Virus record (IMG/VR): IMGVR_UViG_3300021408_000002
Span: 6,249-70,248 of that record
Strand: one strand, 5' to 3'
DNA length: 64,000 bases
Source of the DNA: a virus
Lineage: Duplodnaviria > Caudoviricetes
Shown: positions 36,801 through 45,635 of the stretch, piece by piece
How positions within the stretch are numbered: position 1 is the stretch's first letter
How the letters are laid out: each line of letters opens with the position of its first letter
Notes under the pieces: model-generated
Told to the model about the DNA's origin: nothing
Database searches by the model: none
What the model saw: only the letters and a program-made list of their open reading frames with translations
Translations under genes and position numbers: made by a program

Positions 36801-39800
36801 CCGACACCGGGAGCGATCGTGGAGCCGATAGCCGCGCCCGTCGCGCCACCGGTGAGTAGGCCGAGGACGAGTCCACCGAAGCTGCCGCTCTGACCGGCGA
36901 GCTGACCTGCCTCGAACGCCACGAGACCACCGACGACTGCACTGCCGATGGAGCGGCCCACATTCCGGAGCTGGTCGCGGAACCGGACTGGGATGTCAGC
37001 GGACAACTTCGTCTGGGCGATGCCGGTGGTGACTGCGCCGCCGAGTCCGGCCTGGGCGATGCCTGCGGTGACGGCGTTCTTCAGTTTGGCTGATTCGGTG
37101 CGGTTCCGGAAGATGCCGACGAGACCGGTGAGGAGCCCGCGGCCGGTGGACGTCCCGATGATGAGCGCTCCGACAGCGACGGCAAGTCCGATGGCCGGGT
37201 CGGACAGGATGGCGCCGATCGCGTCGGCGAGGAGGCCGGGTCCTTCATCCTTGATGAAGTCGAATGCGACGCCGAGGCCGTCGAGAAGAATCGCGCCCCA
37301 CTCGTCTGCGTTGGCGGCGATGCCTTCGAAGACGCCGAGGAGCGCTGCACCGATCGCTGCGAGGAGCGCTGCCGCGGTGACGGCGAGGGCGGCGATGAAC
37401 CGAGGGTCGGAGACGAACAGGCCGATGACCCGGCCGACCTCGCGGATGATGTTGCCCACGTCCTTCGCGACGCCGATGACGTTGGCGGCGCTGAAGGTGT
37501 CGGCGAACCAGCCAGTGATCGCGTCCCAGACCGGGTCCAGGGCGCCTCCGACTTCCTCGACGATGTTGCCGAGCGACGAGGTCAGGCCGTCCCAGATCCC
37601 ACCCAGGTTGACGCCGCCGCCGCCTGGGCCCATCGCCTTGCCTTCGGTATCGTTGCCACCGAAGAGTCCTTGGATCGCTCGGCCGATCGCATCGGTCAAC
37701 GGTTCGATCAGAGTGAGCCCGGCCTGGATGGCGTCAGCGATGGTGCCGATGACGTCACCGATGAAGCCGACGACGCTCGACACGCCGTTCGAGAACGGGC
37801 CGCGGAAGAATCGGACGATCGGGCCGAGGAAGGTGTCTTCGAGGACGTTGAGGATTCGTGTCCCGACACCGCCCGGGTCATCGCCGAAGAGGGCGTTGAA
37901 GATGTCGCCGAGGAACCCGCCGAAGTCGGCGATGCCGCCGCCGATCGTTTCGACGAGATCGGCGAAAGGCCCGCGGAAGAACTCGGTGATGGGGCCGAGG
38001 AAGGTTTGCTCGAGCACGTTCAGGACGCGGGTCCCGACACCCTGATCGGCCGTGGCTTTGCCTGTTCCGCCGCCGAAGATCGCCGAGAAGATGTCCCCGC
38101 CGAATCCTCCGATGCCTTCGATTGCGTCAGCGAACGGCCCGCGGAAGAACTTGACGAACGGGCCGAGGAACGTGGTCTCGAGGAGGTTGAGGAAGTCGTT
38201 GCCGCCGCGGGCCTCGGCGAACATGGCTTCGCCGGGGTCGATGCCGAACAGGCTTGTCACGATGCTTTCGGAGAAGTCGCCGATGGCTCGGCCGATGTCC
38301 TGCAAGGTGTCGGCGAGGAACCGGCCGCCTTCGCCGATGCGGAGGAAGAATTCGAACATCTTCACCCAGTTGGTGAGGCTGATGATTCCGCGCCGCAGGC
38401 TTGAAACGAATCCGGCGACGCGGTCGCCGAGGGATTTGAAGAAGTTCTGGTTCCCGAATATGGCGCTGCTCGCGATGCCGCCGACGAATTCGAGCAGACC
38501 GCGAACCGCTTCGCCGAGCCCGGCGAAGGCTGGCTTCAATCCGGCGAGGGCTCCACGTAGACGGAGTGAGCTGTCCCGGATGCGTCCGAACAGTGCGCCG
38601 AGGCCGCCTGCGGCGAGCACCGTCAGACCCAGCGGGCTCGTGAGAGCGATGAGAGCGAGGCGGAGGATCTTGAATCCGCCGGCGAGGGCGAGGACGCCAC
38701 CGATGGCTTTGGCCGCATCCCCGAGGGAGTCGCGGAACTGCTTCAGCCGTTCGTTGGTTTCTGCGGGAGGAGTGAAGTTCTCCCAGATTTCGGCGGCGTC
38801 TTCAGCGGAGACGAAGCTGGAGTCGATGAATCCGAACTGGGAACGGAGAATTTCTTGTGCGGCGGGAGGGAGGTCGGCGATGTTGACTTCGGCGTTCGGG
38901 TCGGTGGCTGCCAGTTGGGCGAACGGGTTGGGGCCGCGTTCCTGGTTGAACATCGAACCAGAGATGAATCCTCCTGCTGCGGACAGGAACTGGTTGAGTG
39001 CACCCATCCCTCGCTTCAGCGGGCCTTCGACGAGACCGATGATTTCGGCGCCGAAGATCGCGAAGTTCTCACGGAGGTTGTCGGCCAGGCCGCCGAGCGA
39101 CTGGCCGACGCGCTGCGAGAATCCCTCCAACTCCGGGAATGCCTGATTGGCTCCTTCCTCGAATGCCTCAAAGAACGCTTCGGCGGTGATGACGCCGCCC
39201 AGCTCACCGTTACGACGTGCCTCCTGGAATGCGGCCTGGTCGCCGCCGTAGAATTTGTCTGCGAGGATTCGGGCCAACGGCACGCCGGGGACCGCTTCAA
39301 GGATCTGGCGCAGCTCATCACCTTCAAGGCGTCCCGAGGCGGCGATCTGCGCGAAAGCGAGCCGTGCGGCTCCGAACTGGGTGGTACCGCCACCCGTCAA
39401 GGACACGATGTCGCCCAGGAAGTTCACTGTCCTGAAAGCCTTCTCAACATCCCCAAAGGCGCCGGTCAATTGCGCGACGGAACCAGCGACTTCGGTGAAA
39501 TCGAAGCGTGTAGTGCGGGCGTAGTCCGAGATGCGTTGTAACATCGCGGTTGCCTTCGGACCATCCTGGAGCAAAGTGGTGAACTGGAGTTCCAGCGATT
39601 CTTCCTGCCCGGCACGAGTGAAACCGGAGGTGAGTAGAGCGCCGATACTGAGGCCGCCGGCGGCACCAGCAATTCCGAGGCCGCCGAGAATGCCGGACTG
39701 CTGCTGGGCTTGGAATCGTTGCTGGGCTTGTGCCTGTCGGCTGAGACTTGAGGTGAGGGCGCGTTCACGTCGGCTCATGCTGGTCTGGTAGGCGCGTTCG

Positions 39801-40651
39801 TCGCGGCTGAGCGCCGACGAGATGGCACGGGACACGGCGCCCAACGACGAGGTGATGCCACGGCCGATCGTCGCCAACGCTCGGTTTGCTCCCGTGGCGA
39901 AGGTGGAGACCGTCCGGCCGAGTCCCGAGAAGATGGTGGAAACCGTCCGACCGAGCCCGCGCAGAGTTGTCCCCGCGATGTTGACGAAGCCGCGCACAGC
40001 GCGTTCCGCGGATTTCCAGGTCAGCTCGAAGACACGGGTGATGGATCGTTCGATTTGGATTGCCTGGCGCGAGAACGCCCGGAGGGCGGCCACGCGGTTG
40101 GCGGAGGAGGCGCGGAGAGCGGCGGCCTGCAACTGTTGGTTGCCGATGACGGACCGTTGGACTTGCGCTTCAGCTTGGAGGCGGTCGCGGTTCTGCTGAT
40201 CCTGGGAACGGGTCGCGGTGCGGGCCGATGTGGCGAGATCTTTGAGGAGGTCGCGCTGGACTCGAGTGGCCCGCGCCAGGTCCTCCATGTTGTTCGCCAT
40301 TGAGGCGATCTGTTCGGCGAGAACGTTGAACGACCGGTTCGTACCCGACGGGAACTTGGTGGCATCTGTCGCGGCCTTGCCGACCTTCTTAAAGGCAGTG
40401 ACCATGCGCCCGCTGGCGCGGTCTGCCTGCTTGACGGTTTCGTCGAACGCCTTGTTCGTCGTCTTCGGGATCTTGCCGAGTTCTTTGATGATGCCCGCGA
40501 CGAGACTCGTGACGGCTTTGCGGACCCGGGGGTCGTTCATCGCTTGAGCTAGCGCGTCGGAGAATGCGTCCTCGACTTGTTTGGCGCCAGGTTCCGCATT
40601 CGCGTTGATGTCAACGGTGATTTCTCCGTCGCCAGCTCCTCCGAATGCCAC
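33866..40651 (-). CDS. Tape measure protein (2261 aa)
   Basis: Length, Ala/Gly-rich helices, tape-measure domain (LAFAQIAASGRLEGDELRQI); follows chaperones. Confidence 0.95.
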   Translation of the reverse strand: MAFGGAGDGEITVDINANAEPGAKQVEDAFSDALAQAMNDPRVRKAVTSLVAGIIKELGKIPKTTNKAFDETVKQADRASGRMVTAFKKVGKAATDATKFPSGTNRSFNVLAEQIASMANNMEDLARATRVQRDLLKDLATSARTATRSQDQQNRDRLQAEAQVQRSVIGNQQLQAAALRASSANRVAALRAFSRQAIQIERSITRVFELTWKSAERAVRGFVNIAGTTLRGLGRTVSTIFSGLGRTVSTFATGANRALATIGRGITSSLGAVSRAISSALSRDERAYQTSMSRRERALTSSLSRQAQAQQRFQAQQQSGILGGLGIAGAAGGLSIGALLTSGFTRAGQEESLELQFTTLLQDGPKATAMLQRISDYARTTRFDFTEVAGSVAQLTGAFGDVEKAFRTVNFLGDIVSLTGGGTTQFGAARLAFAQIAASGRLEGDELRQILEAVPGVPLARILADKFYGGDQAAFQEARRNGELGGVITAEAFFEAFEEGANQAFPELEGFSQRVGQSLGGLADNLRENFAIFGAEIIGLVEGPLKRGMGALNQFLSAAGGFISGSMFNQERGPNPFAQLAATDPNAEVNIADLPPAAQEILRSQFGFIDSSFVSAEDAAEIWENFTPPAETNERLKQFRDSLGDAAKAIGGVLALAGGFKILRLALIALTSPLGLTVLAAGGLGALFGRIRDSSLRLRGALAGLKPAFAGLGEAVRGLLEFVGGIASSAIFGNQNFFKSLGDRVAGFVSSLRRGIISLTNWVKMFEFFLRIGEGGRFLADTLQDIGRAIGDFSESIVTSLFGIDPGEAMFAEARGGNDFLNLLETTFLGPFVKFFRGPFADAIEGIGGFGGDIFSAIFGGGTGKATADQGVGTRVLNVLEQTFLGPITEFFRGPFADLVETIGGGIADFGGFLGDIFNALFGDDPGGVGTRILNVLEDTFLGPIVRFFRGPFSNGVSSVVGFIGDVIGTIADAIQAGLTLIEPLTDAIGRAIQGLFGGNDTEGKAMGPGGGGVNLGGIWDGLTSSLGNIVEEVGGALDPVWDAITGWFADTFSAANVIGVAKDVGNIIREVGRVIGLFVSDPRFIAALAVTAAALLAAIGAALLGVFEGIAANADEWGAILLDGLGVAFDFIKDEGPGLLADAIGAILSDPAIGLAVAVGALIIGTSTGRGLLTGLVGIFRNRTESAKLKNAVTAGIAQAGLGGAVTTGIAQTKLSADIPVRFRDQLRNVGRSIGSAVVGGLVAFEAGQLAGQSGSFGGLVLGLLTGGATGAAIGSTIAPGVGTAIGAVLGTAVAGLGALFGSQAREAEQAAEKVSTYVDALRDLSGIEIGQGISDLILNSLSEAGPDAFAAWGDALVNMADFDFVAFGDRLTEGISTPADEATRFLQGLADEAAALDDVGLTGAVFEDFIALVDDLGLTLDQVADLSGQDIIDLGITQGQIDLLTSGNNILGELGITEGDLVNIHGVLAGQSEVVAKALAQIGLDADLASTDVKKLNDTDVTRIKGAVGDVVTPLKDLKDAANDAQAALEDLLNIDSYGGSFQALADEFALGLPNVNEQILNALEGVAPEDQAAAIRQAVGPFRDSIADLFGQAVDEGLVTNGGEMDTFLNGLRQQIIDADLTPEAELLMLEAVNALDTPEARALVKEKASAVMLAVAAELGAAGTEGKGKFNAIGVQAADDVLAGAVAGAGGGTYPQAREIGTKIAGTIAEGITSSKAVANAITASVSGASTTKTRAKSPSSVGVTVDDSGVAEARNVTSKIVATLTAGVVQAARAASALGTAITSGIEGGASGAASAGARAAAASVSAVRVYSVAMHAAGANLTNAMAQGISSQASQAANAAANVAAIVAAAARAKLKIKSPSQVFFDIGTQIGQGFVAGIQDAEGDMAQAMGDAISNAIAKGTERAGDAMRKAQVGEAIFSALAPSLIPGGASQSAITLQAIQALQQSGALTGSFRSTAVSSLGSLTAGDAEKAQVGLGLAILQFQEAFQSIAQEWNDAWHLNAGTNNEGVAQPLSIRQQNILATGPAGLAQGTFAGSANREALASAIASITEWGRAALEAGVSAGGVTDTITAYVNALRNQAASLGFNVAQVDEVIAAYGLSTAALEEWRRGLTALDFSTEGLANNALILEQLESIREFGTQMLSAGQGADEVVANIRNLRNQLVAQATAFGFNATQIAALVEQVGLSDTALAAFIQQIRDFEAAAAGAAAALPGTNEQIQRPTIENLNLVLPYGDPEAVGLAVLNRVAFETLGG
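37780..38200 (-). repeat. Three diverged repeats in TMP (L(N/E)xLExTFLGPxxxFFRGPF)
   Basis: Seen three times in the translation; boundaries approximate. Confidence 0.75.
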
Positions 40652-40692
40652 GGGGGGATTCTACGACGCCTGGGTGACCCAGAAGTGCGCAA

Positions 40693-41058
40693 TCACGAGG
40701 TGCGCTTCGCCTTGATGCGTTCGATCTCAGCGTTGAAGTCGTCGAGTTTGCGCTGATCGGCGGCCGTCATGCCGCGGCTGCCCCGGGGGAGCGCCTTCTG
40801 TGCGCTGGTTCCGGCGGCTTTGCGTGGTGGTGGGGGGGTGCCGTCCTGGAAGAGGTTCCACATCGTCTCGCGGTATTCGAACGGGTTCGCCATCATCGGC
40901 GTCTGGTCCATCATGTACGCCCAGGCGACGTCGCACCAGTCACCGATCGTGGTTCGTTTCGGGTCGCGTCCGGCGAGTATCAGCTTCCCGCGGATAGCGC
41001 TTTCCCAGCCGCTCTGCGAGCAGAACGATTGGAGCCGGACGACGAATTCGTAGGGTTT
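40693..41058 (-). CDS. Tail assembly chaperone -1 frame extension (G-T)
   Basis: Heptamer A AAC CCT at 41052-41058; -1 frame open to 40693 (PYEFVVRL...AWAYMMDQ...). Confidence 0.8.
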   Translation of the reverse strand, partial: KPYEFVVRLQSFCSQSGWESAIRGKLILAGRDPKRTTIGDWCDVAWAYMMDQTPMMANPFEYRETMWNLFQDGTPPPPRKAAGTSAQKALPRGSRGMTAADQRKLDDFNAEIERIKAKRTS

Positions 41059-41426
41059 CCATCCGCCACCGCCTCGGTCATGCGCTTCATGATGAAGAGG
41101 AGGCGGTCGATGTTGAGTGCGATGCGCGAGGCCATGACGCCCTGGAACCGTTTGCGGTCATCGGGGTGGACCATCGACAGCATGTAGCGCTGAAGGGCGG
41201 CGGAGTCGGTTTCGATGTCGCCGAGCCCGGAGATCGCGAAGTAGTTCATTTCCTTGAGGAGGTCGAACTTCTCTTCGTAGACGGTGATCTCGACGGTCGC
41301 GACCTCTTCGTCTTCGCCGAACTCTTCGAGCATTTCGGCGTCGAGATCGTAGGTTGACTTCGGCTTGCGTTTCGCGGGCGTGACGCGGCCGGACGTGGAA
41401 GCCTTGCGGGGAACTGAGGTAGCCAT
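40980..41426 (-). CDS. Tail assembly chaperone (G)
   Basis: Upstream of TMP; ends ...ADGNPT... at slippery site. Confidence 0.8.
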   Translation of the reverse strand: MATSVPRKASTSGRVTPAKRKPKSTYDLDAEMLEEFGEDEEVATVEITVYEEKFDLLKEMNYFAISGLGDIETDSAALQRYMLSMVHPDDRKRFQGVMASRIALNIDRLLFIMKRMTEAVADGNPTNSSSGSNRSARRAAGKALSAGS

Positions 41427-41468
41427 TGACCGACATAGTAACCGCGCCCTGGCATGTCATGGTGACAG

Positions 41469-41960
41469 CTAGAGACGGCTCACGAATCCGCCGAGTGCCT
41501 GCTCGATGCCACGCTCCCAGAAACCACTCCCCGCGGTGCCAGGGTGGATGACGGCTGTCTTCGAGAAGAACCCCTTCGGCCGCTTGCTGGTGTCCGCCTT
41601 GTTGGCGAGCGGGCCACCCCTCGGAGAGATGGTGTGGGCGACCGAGCCGTAGTTGAGACTGCCAAATTTCTTCATGAATGCGTCGTCGCCTTTCACTGAG
41701 AAAACGAGTTCAACACCGCGCGCCGACGGGTTGATCTTGTAGATGTAGGCGTCATACGAGAACAGGGGCTCCGAGCGAGCCTTGCCTTTGCGTTGGCCGT
41801 AGGTGGTGCCGATGATCCCGAGGATTCTGCCGACCGAATCCTCCCCGGTGGCTTCGGCGGCACGGATCAGCTTCGGCTTCGATGCTTCGACCATGGCGCG
41901 GGCCAGCCGTTGAGTGCCGCCGGCGATGGACGTCCGGGCGTTGAACGCGAAGCCGGCCAT
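41469..41960 (-). CDS. Neck/tail-completion protein (HK97 gp10-like position)
   Basis: TAATG overlap; HTI.P..G...V.HPGT....W. Confidence 0.6.
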   Translation of the reverse strand: MAGFAFNARTSIAGGTQRLARAMVEASKPKLIRAAEATGEDSVGRILGIIGTTYGQRKGKARSEPLFSYDAYIYKINPSARGVELVFSVKGDDAFMKKFGSLNYGSVAHTISPRGGPLANKADTSKRPKGFFSKTAVIHPGTAGSGFWERGIEQALGGFVSRL

Positions 41961-42490
41961 TACAGATTCAGGGTCGCTCGGAACTGCCAGTTCCATGCGA
42001 CCCATTTCGATTGCGGCACTGCCGCCTCGTCGGAAACGAACTGGATGGTTTCGCAGCCTCGAGCACACGCCGGTCGCATCACGTTCAGCATGGCGCGGTG
42101 CGCCACTTCGGCATGGGAGTAGAAGTGGAGGGCGGCGTAGTCGAGGGCTTCGAAGTCGGGCTTCATGATTCCGCCGCCGACCGCTTTCAATGTCGGGAAG
42201 CCTTCCTCGACGAGACGGATGTTGATGGTTGTCACCATTTTCGGCACGAAGAACTGTTTCGCCCCTGGCGTCGTCGCCCGTGACGCGATCGGAGTTTTCG
42301 GGCCGGTCCAGCCCGCGACGAAATCACCGAAGTTCTGTGGTTCGGCGATCGACACATACCGCCCGAACTCGGGGCAGGCGTCACCGATGCATTCCTCAAC
42401 GGCGTCGGCGGCGGCGGCGACAAGAGCGCGGACCGTGGTGTACAGGCAGTCACAGCACGGCTCGATCGGTTCACACGGGTCGGGGAGCAC
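41960..42490 (-). CDS. Probable tail terminator
   Basis: Position between tail tube and neck gene; TAGGAT-N6-GTG. Confidence 0.55.
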   Translation of the reverse strand: MLPDPCEPIEPCCDCLYTTVRALVAAAADAVEECIGDACPEFGRYVSIAEPQNFGDFVAGWTGPKTPIASRATTPGAKQFFVPKMVTTINIRLVEEGFPTLKAVGGGIMKPDFEALDYAALHFYSHAEVAHRAMLNVMRPACARGCETIQFVSDEAAVPQSKWVAWNWQFRATLNL

Positions 42491-42583
42491 GACGTGATCC
42501 TACGTCAATGATGGGTCGGTAGACTGATGTCCCCGGCGCGCTGTTCACGCCCGGGGACCGACCAAGCACATCGGAGGTGCCTG

Positions 42584-43096
42584 ATGAAGAAGAACTCTAC
42601 GCTCACCGCAGAGCGACTGCGGGAGTTGCTCGACTATGACCCCGAGACCGGCGTGTTTCGGTGGAAGGTGAGGCGGGGTCCTAGGCGGGCGGGTGCACTG
42701 GCCGGGTCTCCTGCCAGCCAGGGTGCCTGGGAGGTCTGCGTTGATGGCGACAAGCATAAGGCCCACCGGCTGGCCTGGTTGCACTACTACGGCACGTGGC
42801 CGCCCGCCCTTCTCGATCATCGCAACGAGATCCGGGTTGACAACTGGATCTCCAATCTACGCGAAGGCACCGTGACCCAGAACCAACAGAACCGGAGCCG
42901 CGCCTGTATCGATAATCGGAGCGGCTTTATGGGGGTCAGCTCCAATGGGAAGGGGTGGCGGGCGCGCATCGTCGTCGATGGCAAAGCGCGCCACCTCGGA
43001 ACCTACAGCACACCAGAAGAAGCCCACCATGTTTACCTCGCAGCCAAACGGAAGCTTCACCCGTTCTGGCAGGGCTCAGATCAGGAGATCTCTTAG
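42584..43096 (+). CDS. HNH-AP2 endonuclease, antisense insertion in tail operon
   Basis: LTAERLRELLDYDPETG; AHRLAWL; DHRNEIRVDNWISNLR; HLGTYSTPEEAH; GGAGGT RBS. Confidence 0.9.
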   Translation: MKKNSTLTAERLRELLDYDPETGVFRWKVRRGPRRAGALAGSPASQGAWEVCVDGDKHKAHRLAWLHYYGTWPPALLDHRNEIRVDNWISNLREGTVTQNQQNRSRACIDNRSGFMGVSSNGKGWRARIVVDGKARHLGTYSTPEEAHHVYLAAKRKLHPFWQGSDQEIS

Positions 43097-43099
43097 TTG

Positions 43100-43828
43100 C
43101 TAAGAGTAACTCGCTGGCAGGGTTTGTGAACCGCAAGCGACCGCTCCGGCGATGGCCTCGTACTGCTCCTGCGAGTAGTACACCTCGACCTTCGGCGAGT
43201 TCGGCACGACCCCGACGTTGGGGTAATCGTTCCAGGGCCCGAACACGAGGTTCGGGTTGCCTTCGACTGTGCCGGTGAGGGCGACGTTGTGTTCGGTGTC
43301 GTTGAACGTGATGGCATCTTCGGTGAGCTTCGACTTGCCGAAGATGTACCCCTTCCACGCGGGGTACGGATCCTCTGGGTCGGCGCATTCGCCGACGCCT
43401 TCGCCGGCGTTCTGGACGATGACTTCGAGGTACACCGACGGGGGCTTCGGGTCGTCGCATGTCGGGGCTGCGTAGCCGCCGACGTTGCCTGCCCATGGTA
43501 CGCCGGGGCTCGCGATCTGCTTGGTACCTCCGAAGAGAATGGCCTTCATTTCGGGGTCGTGGAAGCCGATCTCGGCGGTCAGCGTCGCGGACTCCAGACA
43601 GCCCGGCTCCACGAAGCTGAACATGCGGGTGCCGCAGCCGTTGCGGGGCTGGATGCGCCGTTCGTCGGAATACACCGGCGTCCACGTCGACGTGATGATG
43701 CCGGCTGAGACGAATCCGGAGTCAGCGCCGCCGACCACGGAGCAGTCCGGGTTGAGCAGGGCACCACGGATGATGCAGATGCTATGTTCTCCCAGACAAA
43801 TCCCGCCGCCAGGCAGATTCGATGCCAT
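43100..43828 (-). CDS. Major tail (tube) protein
   Basis: Position, size, Cys-rich type (RNGCG...C...DPE); AGGAG RBS. Confidence 0.75.
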   Translation of the reverse strand: MASNLPGGGICLGEHSICIIRGALLNPDCSVVGGADSGFVSAGIITSTWTPVYSDERRIQPRNGCGTRMFSFVEPGCLESATLTAEIGFHDPEMKAILFGGTKQIASPGVPWAGNVGGYAAPTCDDPKPPSVYLEVIVQNAGEGVGECADPEDPYPAWKGYIFGKSKLTEDAITFNDTEHNVALTGTVEGNPNLVFGPWNDYPNVGVVPNSPKVEVYYSQEQYEAIAGAVACGSQTLPASYS

Positions 43829-43899
43829 GATGTGCTCCTAAGGTGAGGCTTTGCGAACGACCCCATCCTGACCGTCTGGCGATGCCATAGGCAAACGGG

Positions 43900-44244
43900 T
43901 CAGCGGTGCATCAGGCGATCGGCGTGACCGTCCTCGCCGGTGTAGTTCCGCGGGAACGGGCGCAGGCCGAGACGGGCGGCTTCGACGGCGTGCTCCGTCT
44001 TCCAGTCGTGATGAAATCGACAGAGCATCTGGACGTTGGTTGGGTCGAGGTGTCCTCCGGGTCGGACGCCGCGCTGGTCGTATTCGTCGGGGTCGAGGGG
44101 GCCGCCACATGCGATTTGCGGCATGAGGTGTTCTGCCCAGCATCGGTTTCCGTCGCGGTGAATCACCTGCTCGATGACGGTGATGCGGGCGTCGCGTTCG
44201 TTGCGGCGCTTGTCCGACATCAGCTTCAGGCGGGAACGCTTCAT
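43900..44244 (-). CDS. Small HNH-like protein (first His appears replaced by Asp)
   Basis: RDGNRC...CGGPLDPDE...GG..DPTNVQMLCRFHHDW. Confidence 0.7.
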   Translation of the reverse strand: MKRSRLKLMSDKRRNERDARITVIEQVIHRDGNRCWAEHLMPQIACGGPLDPDEYDQRGVRPGGHLDPTNVQMLCRFHHDWKTEHAVEAARLGLRPFPRNYTGEDGHADRLMHR

Positions 44245-44347
44245 GCCCTGGCGAAGAGCTGCTGTGACATACCCCGACAGTACTCCTATGCTGGTGGGGT
44301 CGGAACCGCATCACGGCTCCGACCCCCAGCCACCGGAGGTCAGTCCG

Positions 44348-44923
44348 ATGACAACACCAGTCTGCCTTGTCGATGTGTGTGAACGCCCCGCCAAGACCCG
44401 CGGCTGTTGCCAAATGCATTACTTTCGCCTTCTGAAACACGGGGACCCACTTGGTGGCCGCACTCCTCCCGGAGAGGCCGCGGCCTTCTTCGAGGTCGGC
44501 GTCGTCCTCGACACCGACCTGTGCATCATCTGGCCTTATTCGACTGAATACGACGGTTACGGCAAATTCCAGGCCAACAAAAAGAAGGTCAAGGTTCACA
44601 TCGCCGCTTGCGCTCGGGCTCACGGACCACGTCCGCCGGGCCTAGTCGTTCGTCATCTCTGCAACAATCCTCCGTGTTTCAACGGTCGGCATCTTCGATG
44701 GGGGACCCGCAAGGAGAATAGCGAAGACATGATCCTTAACGGCACGACTCCCGCTGGCGAGAGGGCGCCGTGGGCGAAGTTGACGTGGGCCATCGTTGAT
44801 GAGATTCGAAGGCGGCTCTCACGAGGGGAGACGATCGCTGACCTCGCTGTGGAGTTCAATGTTGTCTACGGGACGGTGTGGCATGTTGCCCGCGGATCGA
44901 CCTGGTTACGCCCCGGAATATAA
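44348..44923 (+). CDS. Zn-finger + HNH endonuclease + HTH, antisense insertion
   Basis: CLVDVC...GCCQMHY..LLKHGDP; CIIWP; VRHLCNNPPCFNGRHLRWGTRKEN. Confidence 0.88.
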   Translation: MTTPVCLVDVCERPAKTRGCCQMHYFRLLKHGDPLGGRTPPGEAAAFFEVGVVLDTDLCIIWPYSTEYDGYGKFQANKKKVKVHIAACARAHGPRPPGLVVRHLCNNPPCFNGRHLRWGTRKENSEDMILNGTTPAGERAPWAKLTWAIVDEIRRRLSRGETIADLAVEFNVVYGTVWHVARGSTWLRPGI

Positions 44924-45634
44924 CATCCAGCCGTCCAGGATCTCAGGGGAAAGAATCTGGGTGCCGGTGGTCTCAGGGATCGACTGCAAAAATCGCGTCG
45001 TCCAAATGAGCTGGGAGAGGTCGGGGGAGTCGGAGCGGGTCGGGTCGAACGGGAGGCGGGCGTTCATGACGATGCCGTACGCGGCGGCGGACGCGACACC
45101 GGCGGGCAGCATGTGTTCGGCGCCAGCCATGTAGGCGAAGATGTCGCAGGCGATTTCGGCTGCGGCCAAAGTCATCAACTGGTTGCGGGGGTAGCCGGAT
45201 TCGACGGTGATTTCGAACGTGTTCGGCTGCGTCGACGCTCGGACGATCTTCTGGCATGTCGGCCATGAGATCGAGTTGCCTTCGGCGTTGATCCGCTCGA
45301 GGACGTACTGGCCGATCGGGTTGATGATCACCACATACGTTGCGGGATCCACTACTACGCCGTCGATGAGTACTTTGGAGACCGTCGGGTCGTGGCCGGG
45401 GAGGTGGATGCCGAGCAGGCGGCAGCAGCGGCACAGGTTGCAGGGAAGGCAGCGGTCGCGGCACGGCCGGTATTCGGCGGTGCAGCGGCCGAGCGAGGTG
45501 TCGGCGAGCATCGACAGGAAATCGGAGGCGGCGTCGAGAACGTTGTCGATGACGTCCTGGTCGGCAGGCAGGTCGCAGTCGCAACCCAAATCGGACTCAT
45601 CAACCAAGCGCTCGCAGGCAACTTGGAGGGCCAT
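44906..45634 (-). CDS. Head-to-tail adaptor
   Basis: After capsid genes; AASDFL...GRCT...RPC; AAAEIACD. Confidence 0.7.
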   Translation of the reverse strand: MALQVACERLVDESDLGCDCDLPADQDVIDNVLDAASDFLSMLADTSLGRCTAEYRPCRDRCLPCNLCRCCRLLGIHLPGHDPTVSKVLIDGVVVDPATYVVIINPIGQYVLERINAEGNSISWPTCQKIVRASTQPNTFEITVESGYPRNQLMTLAAAEIACDIFAYMAGAEHMLPAGVASAAAYGIVMNARLPFDPTRSDSPDLSQLIWTTRFLQSIPETTGTQILSPEILDGWMLYSGA

Positions 45635-45635
45635 G

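Noticed and set aside
34662-39541. Long + strand ORFs (up to 365 aa) opposite the tape measure gene
   Set aside because: Expected antisense shadows of a high-GC gene; no domain motifs or RBS, unlike the 18611 gene.
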